Of a stretch of 59,826 nucleotides of DNA, positions 36,702 to 46,400 are shown one piece after another. How positions within the stretch are numbered: position 1 is the first letter of the stretch; the number at the start of each line of letters is the position of its first letter. This DNA is from a virus (taxonomy: Duplodnaviria > Caudoviricetes), in IMG/VR virus record IMGVR_UViG_3300042362_000235, positions 1-59,826 of that record, one strand, 5' to 3'. The notes under the pieces are model-generated. The model saw only the letters and a program-made list of their open reading frames with translations. It had not been told where the DNA came from and did no database searches. The position numbers and the translations under genes are program-made.

Positions 36702-37511
36702 ATGCCCAAGTCCACCCGCCGCGTCACCTTCACCCGCTCGGTGACCTTCACCTTCACGGCCGAATTCGCCAACTACGTCGGGCAAACCGACGCCGACGCC
36801 CTGACGGCGGCCAACCTGCCCGGCGGCGTCAACTCCATCGGCGAGCTGCTGGCCGGCTCCCTGGCAGCCAACGGGCAGCGCTCCCCGGGCGCTTGGAGCG
36901 TGTCTGGCTCGGGCGTCTTGGTCGAGCCCATTGGCCTGTTCGTCCCCGGCTTCGTCTACACGATCGGCCAGCGCGTGGCGCCCTCGAGCAACCCAGCCGA
37001 CCGCATCTTCATCGTGTCTGCGCGCACCGGCAACTTCCAGTCCGGCGCCAGCGAGCCGACCTGGAACACCACCATCGGGCAGACCACGGCCAGCACCAAC
37101 GTCACCTTCATGGCGGTAGCCAAGTTCACCGCCCCGCTGACGCGAGCCAACTCGACGGCCTACACCGCCGGCCAGATCATCCGGCCGGCGGCCAACTCGC
37201 TCAAGGAGTTCCTCGTCACCACCGGCGGCACCTCCGCGGCATCGGCGCCCAGCTTCGTCGGCGCCAACGACGCCATTGGCGCCAGCTTTGCCGACGGCAC
37301 GGCGACGCTGCTGTGCATCGCGGGCGCAGCCGACTATGCCGCGCTGACCAGCTACTTCCTGGGCGACGTCGTGACACCCAACAGTTCCAGCTCGGAGGAG
37401 TACGTCTGCGTCACCGCCGGCCGCACCGACACGTCGGCCAGCACGGCGCTGACGGCCACGGTGGGCAACAACGTCACCGTTGGCACCGCGGCCTTCCGCC
37501 GCGTGGTTTGA
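36702..37511 (+). CDS. Virion protein with CBM5/12-like repeats
   Basis: YTIGQRV / YTAGQII / YFLGDVV repeats; AGGAGG RBS. Confidence 0.6.
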   Translation: MPKSTRRVTFTRSVTFTFTAEFANYVGQTDADALTAANLPGGVNSIGELLAGSLAANGQRSPGAWSVSGSGVLVEPIGLFVPGFVYTIGQRVAPSSNPADRIFIVSARTGNFQSGASEPTWNTTIGQTTASTNVTFMAVAKFTAPLTRANSTAYTAGQIIRPAANSLKEFLVTTGGTSAASAPSFVGANDAIGASFADGTATLLCIAGAADYAALTSYFLGDVVTPNSSSSEEYVCVTAGRTDTSASTALTATVGNNVTVGTAAFRRVV

Positions 37512-37547
37512 CACGTCGTCGTGGCAAGCATGGCACCGTAGCGCGCC

Positions 37548-37964
37548 ATGCTTGCGCTCGACTACGACCTCGCCCGGGTGGCCGCGTTCATGCGCGGCCT
37601 GCTGCCCGGCCTGGCGCTGTCGGAGCGGATGCAGGCGATCGGCCTGCGCCGCGGCAGCCGGCTGGTGGCCGGGGTGCTCTACGAGGGGCACAACGGCCGC
37701 AACGTCTGGATGCACGTCGCGGCCGAGCCCGGAGCGCACTGGCTCAACCGCGACTACCTGCGGGCCTGCTTCGCCTACCCGTTCGTCGTCTGCGGAGTGG
37801 ATCGAGTCAGCGGCTACGTGGATGCGAGCAATGCACGCTCGCGGCGGTTCTGCGAGCGCCTGGGGTTCCGCGAGGAGGCGCGCCTGATCGGCGCCGCCCC
37901 CGACGGCGGTGACGTGGTGATCTACGCGATGTGGCGGCTGGAATGCCGCTGGCTAGGAGGGTGA
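37548..37964 (+). CDS. GNAT acetyltransferase-like protein
   Basis: FAYPF..RVSGYVDASNARSRRFCERLGFREE. Confidence 0.8.
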   Translation: MLALDYDLARVAAFMRGLLPGLALSERMQAIGLRRGSRLVAGVLYEGHNGRNVWMHVAAEPGAHWLNRDYLRACFAYPFVVCGVDRVSGYVDASNARSRRFCERLGFREEARLIGAAPDGGDVVIYAMWRLECRWLGG

Positions 37965-37967
37965 ACG

Positions 37968-38996
37968 ATGGGTTCCAAGGGAGGCTCCAGCGCGCCGCCG
38001 CCGGATCCGCGCCTGGTCGAGGCGCAGATTCGCTCGATGGGCGTGCAGGATGATGTCATCCAGCGCATCATGGCCAACGCCGACACGCTGGCCCCGATCC
38101 AGCGCGAGCAGATGGAGTTCGGGCTCGACGCCGCGCGCGCGGGCTTTGCTCAGTCGCAGGCCGACCGCGAGTGGATGCTGACGCGCCGGGCGATGCTCTC
38201 CGGCGTGCAGGACCGCCTGGTGCAGGACGCCCGCGACTTTGACCGCGCGCAGCGCACCGACGAGCTGGCCACCGAGGCCGGCGCCGACGTGAACGCTGCG
38301 GCAGCCAACGCGCGCGACCAGTCGCAGCGTGCAATGACGCGCATGGGCGTGATGCCCGGTTCCGGGCGCGCCGCCGGGCAGGACGCCCGCATGGTGCTGG
38401 GACAGACCGCCATGCTGGCCGGCGCCAAGAACAACGCGCGCCGCGCCGCCAGGGCCGAGGGCTACGCGCTGACCGACCGCGCCACCAACGCGCTGGCCGG
38501 CTACCCGGCGATGGGCATGCAGGCCACCGGCGCCGGGGCTGGGCTGGCCGCCAGCGGCGTCAACATCGTCAACGCGGCCGGCGCCGGCATGAATGCCGGG
38601 TACGGCGCCGCGGCCGGTGTGGCCGGGCAGATGGGCTCGAACGCCACCGGCATGTACGGCGCGCAGGCCAGCTACAAGAACGCGCAGGACCAGCTGGCCG
38701 CGCAGAACGACCCCTGGAACACCATCCTGGGCGCTGCTGCTGGCGTGGGCACGTCGTGGGCACTGGGCAAGGCGTCCGATCGCCGCCTCAAGACCGACAT
38801 CGTGCAGGTGGACCGCGACGAGCGCACCGGGCTGAACCTCTACGAGTTCGCCTACCGCGACGGCGACGGCCGACGCTTCCGCGGCGTCATGGCCGACGAG
38901 GTGGAGCGCGTGGATCCGCAGGCGGTGAGCTACGACGACCTAGGCTTCGCGCGCGTGGACTACGCGCGCCTCGGGCTCGAGATGACGGAGGCGTGA
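37968..38996 (+). CDS. Ejection/internal virion protein with C-terminal peptidase S74-like domain
   Basis: MGSKGGSSAPPPDP start, Gly/Ala-rich body, SDRRLKTDI...GVMADEV...VDYARL. Confidence 0.75.
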   Translation: MGSKGGSSAPPPDPRLVEAQIRSMGVQDDVIQRIMANADTLAPIQREQMEFGLDAARAGFAQSQADREWMLTRRAMLSGVQDRLVQDARDFDRAQRTDELATEAGADVNAAAANARDQSQRAMTRMGVMPGSGRAAGQDARMVLGQTAMLAGAKNNARRAARAEGYALTDRATNALAGYPAMGMQATGAGAGLAASGVNIVNAAGAGMNAGYGAAAGVAGQMGSNATGMYGAQASYKNAQDQLAAQNDPWNTILGAAAGVGTSWALGKASDRRLKTDIVQVDRDERTGLNLYEFAYRDGDGRRFRGVMADEVERVDPQAVSYDDLGFARVDYARLGLEMTEA

Positions 38997-38997
38997 C

Positions 38998-40365
38998 GTG
39001 GCGGCATTCCAGAGTGGCTTCTCGATGGGCGCGGCCCTGTACCAGCAGGCGCAGGCCAACAAGGAGCGCGACGAGCAGCGCAAGGCCCAGGAGGAGGAGC
39101 GCAAGCTGCGCATGGAGCAGCTTCGGCTCGGCCTGGACACGCAGCGCGCTGCCGTCACACGCGAGCAGGAGCGCGCGGCGCTGCTGCGCGGCATGCGCGA
39201 CTTCGCCACCGGTGTGGACCCCGCGGCGACCAGCACGGCCCTCAACGCCGACTTCGACCAGGCGCTGGCCGCATCCGACGCTGCGGTGAAGGCCGAGAAC
39301 GCCGCCCGCGTGCAGGGCGTCGCGCCGGAAGCTGCGCCGGCGATGCCGGCGGTGCGCGGCGGCTCGAACGCGGCCAACGAGGCGGCGCTGACCGTGCGCA
39401 ATGCCGTGGACCCGACCGCGCCCGAGTACCGCCAGGGCATGAACCGGCGCATGCTGGATCTGGCGCTGTTCGACGGCAACACCCAGGCTGCGCAGACGCT
39501 GCAGACCGAGGGGCGCAAGATGGCCGACGACGACCTCGTGGCGGCCAAGGTCAAGGAGTACAAGGGCACCGACGAGCAGATCGGCGCCACCGCGATGTGG
39601 CTCAACGAGACGAGCAAGCGCATCACGATGGGCGACGCGGACAAGAACGGGCTGGTGCGGGTGTCCGTGGTCGGGCCGGATCGGCGCGCCGAATTCCTCA
39701 AGCTCTCGCGCGCCGACCAGGCGCGTCTCTACGCCGCCGGGCACCTGCTGGAGCGCAACCCCGAGCAGGCGCTGCAGATGATGGCCGGCATCAACAAGAC
39801 GCTGGCCGAGGCGGTTGCCGCCGAGAACAACCTGACCTCGCTGCTGGCGGGCAACACGAACGACGTGGCATCGAAGGGCCAGAGCATGACCCTGGCGCGC
39901 AACGCCGACTCGCGCGCGGGCGCCGCAGTGACCGATGCGCGCACCGAGCGCGATCGGGTGCAGAAGGAGGCCCAGGCCCGGGCCGATGCGGCGGTGGCGC
40001 TCTACAAGGAGCAGAACCCGAACGCGACGCCAGCCCAGCTGGAGGCGGTGCGCCGCGGCGTGATGCCGACGGCCGAGAAGGTGCAGTCCGACTTCAAGCC
40101 CGACGCCATTGGCGCCGGCGGGACGGTGGTGCAGCGCGAGCCGGACGGCTCGCTGACCGTCACCCGTGTCGACCAGCAGGGCAAGACGGCGCCGGCCGTG
40201 CGGGTGCCGCGGCCTGGCGCGCAGGCGGCGCAGCCGCGCCCGAATGCGTCCGCTGCGCTGCCGCCGGTGGACAAGCGCGTGGTCGGTCAGGTCTACGACA
40301 GCCCGCGCGGGCCGGTCATCTGGCGCGGCACTGGCTGGGAGTTGGTCAACAAGCCCGCTCCGTAA
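38998..40365 (+). CDS. Probable internal virion (ejection) protein
   Basis: Ala/Gln-rich helical protein between ejection genes. Confidence 0.65.
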   Translation: MAAFQSGFSMGAALYQQAQANKERDEQRKAQEEERKLRMEQLRLGLDTQRAAVTREQERAALLRGMRDFATGVDPAATSTALNADFDQALAASDAAVKAENAARVQGVAPEAAPAMPAVRGGSNAANEAALTVRNAVDPTAPEYRQGMNRRMLDLALFDGNTQAAQTLQTEGRKMADDDLVAAKVKEYKGTDEQIGATAMWLNETSKRITMGDADKNGLVRVSVVGPDRRAEFLKLSRADQARLYAAGHLLERNPEQALQMMAGINKTLAEAVAAENNLTSLLAGNTNDVASKGQSMTLARNADSRAGAAVTDARTERDRVQKEAQARADAAVALYKEQNPNATPAQLEAVRRGVMPTAEKVQSDFKPDAIGAGGTVVQREPDGSLTVTRVDQQGKTAPAVRVPRPGAQAAQPRPNASAALPPVDKRVVGQVYDSPRGPVIWRGTGWELVNKPAP

Positions 40366-40410
40366 CAAGCATGGCACCGTCCGTGGGTCTAGTTTCAGAC
40401 CCCGGCGGCA

Positions 40411-43400
40411 ATGACCAAGCTCCTCTCCGACGATCAACTGCTGGGTCAGCAGACCCTTCTGTCCGACGATGATCTGCTGACGCCTGCCGCCGAGGGGAAG
40501 CCCGCTGCGCCAGCGCGCGCGATCGTGCCCGACCTGACCGTTGGCAGCGCGCTGCTCGACGCCTTTGCTGGTGCGCTGCAGATCGGCCCCGTGGCGGTCA
40601 AGGGCGTGGCCGACGTGGCCCGCCTAGCCACGGGCGACCGCGTGGGTCGCGGCGTGTCGCAGGCGATGGACAAGGGCATGACCGCCATCCGCGACGAGGT
40701 GGGCTCCGAGCGTGCGCGCGTCCAGCGCGCCAACTTCGAGGCCGACATGGACGACGATTCGGTCGGCATCGGCGAGACGCTGGCCCGCAACAAGGGTGCG
40801 CTGGCCGACCAGATCCTGCCGACCATCGGCAGCATGTTCCTGCCGGTGGGTGTGGCCAACGCCGCCACGAAGCTCGCCACGGTCGGCCAGACCGCCCAGG
40901 CGCTCGACAAGGCGGCGCTGGCGGCCCGCGTGGCCCGCGTGCAGCAAGCGGCTGGTGTTGGCACCGTCGCCGCGCAGAACGCGGCCTCGACGTTCGCGGA
41001 ACTGGTCGACAAGGGCGAGTCGCTGGAGAACGCCTATCTGGCGGCGGGCATCACGGTGCCGTTCTCGGTGGTGGCCGGGGTGCTCACCCGCGGTGGCGCC
41101 GAGGGCGCCATCACGCGCACGCTGACGGGCACCCAGGCTGCGAGGGCCGGCGTCAAGCAGTTCCTGGGCGCCACGGCGCGCGAGGGTGCGCAGGAGTCCG
41201 GCGAGGAGCTTGGCCAGATCGTGGGCGAGGCCGTCGGCACCGGCGAGGTGCCCAGCCTGACCGGCGCCGGCAAGCAGCTTGCCGTGGCTGGCGTGCTGGG
41301 TGCGGCAATGGGCGGCGGTGTCGATGTGGCGACCCAGGCTGGCGCGCTCACCAAGCCGAAGCCGACTGTCGCCCCTCCGGCGCCCCCGGCGCCTCCCGCA
41401 CCGCAGCCGGCCGCCACAGTTGACCCGCTGGTGCGTCTGGCGGAACTGGACGTGCTGGCGCGCGCGCGCAACCTCACCGCGGACGAGCAGGCCGAGCGTG
41501 CGCGGCTGGCTGGCTCGCTGGACAACGAGGACACGGCTGCGCCGCCTGCCGTTGCGCCCGCAACCCCCGCAGCAGATGGCACAAGCCTGCTGCCGGCAGC
41601 GGGCTCGGATGCCCCAGGCGCAGCTCCGGGAGCCGAAAGCGCAACCGGGGACGCGGACACCGAACTCCAGAACCGTGACCGCGCCCGCGCTGCCTCGATC
41701 GCGCAGATGCAGAACATCGCGGCGCGCCCGGACTACCTGCGCCTCGGCCCCAGCCGCACGCCCGACTCCGGCGCGCCGATGGTGTTCGCCCCGGGCGATG
41801 ACACGACCGCCATCCCGCCGGCAGCGTTCGGCCGCGAGGACGTGGCCGTCATGTCGGACGGCCAGCGCGTGCCGTTCCGGTATGCCGTGGTCGACGCCGC
41901 GCTGCTGCAGCCCAGCAACTTCGCGGACGGCACGACCAACCCGGTGTTCAGCCGGCGCACCCCGGGCACGCTGATCGCGCTGAACAACGGCCGCAGCGCC
42001 GGCCTGCGCGAGGCCTGGAGACGCGGCACGACCGATGCCTACAAGGCCGAGATGGTGGCCGACGCGGCCAACCACGGCGTCGACCTGGCCGCCATCGCCA
42101 GCGTGCGCAACCCGGTGCTGGTGCGGGTCTACAGCGAGCAGTCCAACACCGCGAACATGGGTGCGCGCAGCCAGGGCCAGGGGTTGGGCATGTCGCCGGC
42201 GGAACTGGCGCGCCAGGATGCGCAGCTGATCGACGGCAGCGTGCTGGCGGTTTGGCAGGGCGGCGACGTGACGGCTGCCGCCAACCGCGACTTCGCGCGA
42301 GCGTTCGTCGGCAAGCTGGTGGGCGCCGGCCAGGACGTGGCCGGCATGGTCACCGACAACGGCGAACTGTCGCCGGCCGGGCGCACGCGCATTCAGGCGG
42401 CGATGGCGCAGGCCGCATATGGCGATGCGGACCTGATCGGGGAGATGTTCGACTCCACCGACACCGACATCAAGACCATCGGCGAAGCACTCAAGGTCGC
42501 GGCCGGCACCTGGGCCAACATGCGCGACTCCGCGCGCACGGGGGTCATCGTTCCGACGGCCGACATCACCCCGGCGCTGCTGGGTGCGGTCAACCTGATC
42601 CGCCGGGCACGGCAGGAGCGCAAGAGCCTGTTCGACCTGACGCGGCAGACCGACATCGCCACCGGGCAGACGCCCGACCCACAGGTGCTGCAGGCCCTGC
42701 GGCTGTTCTACGGCGGCGAGTTCTACAGCCGCCCGCTGGGCCGTGACCGCGTGGCCGGCCTGTTGGAGGAGTACGCCCGGCTGGCCGCCGGGGCGACCCA
42801 GGATGGCGGGCTGTTCGGCACCACGCCGACGCCGGCCGATGTGCTGGCGGCCGTCACCAACAAGGTCGAGCAGGATGGACAAGTCACTCAACCAGCCGCG
42901 CAACCTGCCGGCACCGGCACCAGCATCAGCCAACCCGATGGGAACGGCGATCCTCGGGGCGCTTCTGGTGCGCGAGGGGCAGCGGGACCGCGACCCGGCG
43001 ATGACCAGGGCGGGGCACAAGCTGCTGCGGGCGGCCGAGGACAACTGGATCAGCCCGGTGCCGCCGGACAAGCGGCTGCCCCGGTAGCGGCGCCGCCCGC
43101 ACAGCCGGGCTACGACGCCCGGCGCGCGGATCGACGCCAGCGCATCGCCCAGGCCAAGACCAAGGACGAGGCGCAGGCCGTTCTTCAGGAGGAGTACCGG
43201 GACACCGAGCGCCACTTCGAGGGCACCAGCGGGCTCGAGAGCGCAGTGCGCGCCCGCGGCCGGGAGCTTGACGGCGAGGCGGCTGCCAGACAGCGCGAGG
43301 CGGATGCCCGCAAGCGGCTGGATGCCGGCGAGTGGGTCGAAGACGACAACCTCAGCCGCCTCTACCGGCAGACCCTTCTGCGCGGCACGGTCCAGGCCGA

Positions 43401-46400
43401 CGAGGCCAATCGAAAGCGCTTCGAGGACGCAATGGCGGCGGCTCGCGCTGCCAACCCCGGCTTCGAGTACGAGGCCACGCGAGAGCAGGGCGCCTCGTGG
43501 GACATGGACCGCGACGTGGTGCGCTTCCGCAAGAAGGACGGGCCGGATGGCGCGGGTGCCGCGGCACCTTCCGCGCCGCTGTTGACCGCGCAGACTCCCG
43601 ACGAGCTGCAGGCCAAGGCCGAACGCGAGGCCGCGGCGCAGAAGGCGCAGGAAGACGAGCAGCGGCGCCTGGCCGACAAGGCCCGCGCTGACGCGCAGCG
43701 GGACGACTTCACGCTGACCGGCTCGGACCGGCCGGCCGACGCGGCCGGGCAGAACGACATCTTCGGGAACTCGCCCGCGCCGACCTCGGACAGCGACGGG
43801 CTCGACGCGATGTTCGCAGACGTGCTTGATGAGGAGCTCGGCAAGGGCAAGCCAGCCGACGCCGCACCCGCACCTGCGCCAGCGCCAGCGCCCACGCCAG
43901 CAGAAGGCGCCCGCACCGCAGGCCAAGCCGCGGCGTCCGCGGCGCAGAACGTCGGCCAGGGCCTGACCAATGCCATTGACGGCCTGGGCGCGCTGTTCGG
44001 AGGCAAGAGCCCGGGCCGGCTGGGCTCCGGCCCGACGTTCGACGAGGAGACCTACGCCAAGGCCAAGCCGCTGTTCCAGGCGGCCCTGGCCAACTTCCAG
44101 GATGCCGCCAGCGACATCAAGGAGGCCATGCGCGCGATCGTGCGCATGGTGCTGGACAAGTTCGGCGAAGACGCCGCACGCAACATGCAGCCCTACGTGG
44201 TGCGCTTCATCCGCGACGTGCGCGACGGGGTGGTGGCGCTCGCCGGGACGCGCAGCGCGGCGCAGGACACCCCCGCTGCGGCGGCTGACGCGGCGGCCGA
44301 GCCGCCGCAGGCGGCCCAGGACCACGCTCGCGACCTGGGCGGTCGTGTGGTCTGGTTTCGCGGTGACCTGGCGCTGATCCAGGGCTACTCGATGCTGTCG
44401 GGCGACCCGGTGTTCGCCGCTGCCAAGGGCAGCACCCGCACGCGGGTGGACATCAGCAGCTACACCGGCAATGCCTTCACGGCACAGGAGCGCGCCGAAC
44501 TGCTGGCGGCTCGCGCCGATGCACTGCGCGCCGACGCCGACGCCGAGGCCCGCAACCCCGACGGTCCGTTCACCGACGGCCAGCGCCTGGTGTTCGCTGA
44601 CGACATCAGCGAGCGCGTGGTCAACGTCATCCGCGGCTGGGTGCCGTTGCTCGGCCTGGAGGGCGTGCGCATCGTCGTGACGACGCCGCAGTCCGGCGCC
44701 ACGATGGCCCGCAACCTCGTCGGCCGCTTCTGGCGGATCGGCAAGGCCAGCCTGGGCGGCGGCAACATTAACGGCGTGATGCAGCCGCTGGGCAAGGGCG
44801 ACTATCACATCGCCATGCGCCCGGGCGTCTCCGTGCTGAAGCAACTAGAGGTCGCGGCCCACGAGCTCGGGCACATCGTCGAGCGCGAGGCGCTGGCGTC
44901 TGCCTTGCCGGAAGTGCAGACGGCGATCCGCGCCGAGCACGCGCGCTGGCTGGAGGCCAACCGGCGCGGCCCGGCGATCGACATGGCCCGCGCCATGCGC
45001 GCGTTCCGCTCGGGGCGCACGGCCGGCGATTTCGGCAGCCGCGCGGGCGATGAAGCCGACGCCTACTGGCGCTCGTTCGGTGAGTGGTTCGCGGATCAGG
45101 TCTCGCGCTGGGCGACCACCCAGGACAAGCCGCTGACCGTCGTCGAGCAGTTCTTCCAGCGGCTCGCCGCGCGGCTGCGCAACTTCTTCGTCGGTGAGCG
45201 TGCGCGCTTCCAGCCGACTGCATCCGTGTCCGCCTGGCTGGACTCGCTGGCCAAGACGGTGCCGCCTCCGGGCGACCTCGCCAACGACGTGAACCCGCCC
45301 GCGCAAGAGACCCCCGCTGCGGCGGCTGACGCGGCGGCCGGCTCGGCGCAAAATGCCAGCCCGAGCCCGCAGGAGCCCGTCAATGCAGACCCTCTACAGA
45401 CCCAGCAGCTACCCGCCGGAAGTGCGCCGCAAGATCAAGTCGATGCCGCCGCTGGCGACCGAGATCGCCAACCGGTGGATGCTGGGATGGCCCAAGCGGG
45501 TGAAGGCGCTGCTGGCGGCGGGCGAGTACCTGCCGGCGCTCAAGGCGCAGGAGGAGCAGGAACGTCGGGTGCTGGCGGACGAGACGGCCAGGCATCTGGC
45601 GCGCCACGAGATCGCGCAGGAGTGGGGCCTGAGCCTGGAGCCGCCGGAGACTTCGACCTCGACGGGCAGGACATCGGAACCGGAGGACTGACCCGCAAGT
45701 ACCGCGACAACATCGCGGCCATCAAGATCATCAAGGCCCTCGAAGCCGAGGGCCGGCCCTCGACGGCCGACGAACGGCGCGCGCTGGCGCGCTACGTCGG
45801 ATGGGGCGCCCTCAAGGGGGTGTTCGACCCGGCCAACAAGCAGTGGACCAAGCAGCACGCCGAGCTGCGTGCACTGCTGACAGATCGAGAGTGGGATGCC
45901 GCCAAGGCATCGACGCTCAACGCGCACTACACCAGCCCGGTGGTGGTCAAGGCCATGTATTCGGTGCTCGAGCGGCTGGGCGCAACCCGCGGCCGGGTGC
46001 TGGAACCCTCGGTGGGCTCGGGCAACTTCTTCGGCCTGATGCCCAAGTCGATGCGCGCGACGGCGCAGCTGTTCGGTGTGGAGCTCGACCCGATCACGAG
46101 CCGCATCGCGGCCGGGCTGTACCCCTCGGCCTAGGTGCGCAACCAGGGCTTCGAGGACTTCGATGTTCCGGGCGGCTTCTTCGACATCGCGATCGGCAAC
46201 CCGCCGTTCGGCAACGAGCCGCTGGCGGACATGCACAGCAGCCCGTACAGCGGCTGGTCGATCCACAACTACTTCTTCGCCAAGACCATCGACAAGCTGC
46301 GCCCGGGTGGCGTGATGGTGATGGTGGTGTCGCACAACTTCCTCGACGCCCAGGACAGCAAGGCGCGGCAGTGGATTGCCAAGCGCGCACGTCTCGTGGG

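Noticed and set aside
46132-46134. Phage-wide TAG reassignment
   Set aside because: cro, the NYN gene and the HNH gene end in TAG at expected positions; no suppressor tRNA was seen.
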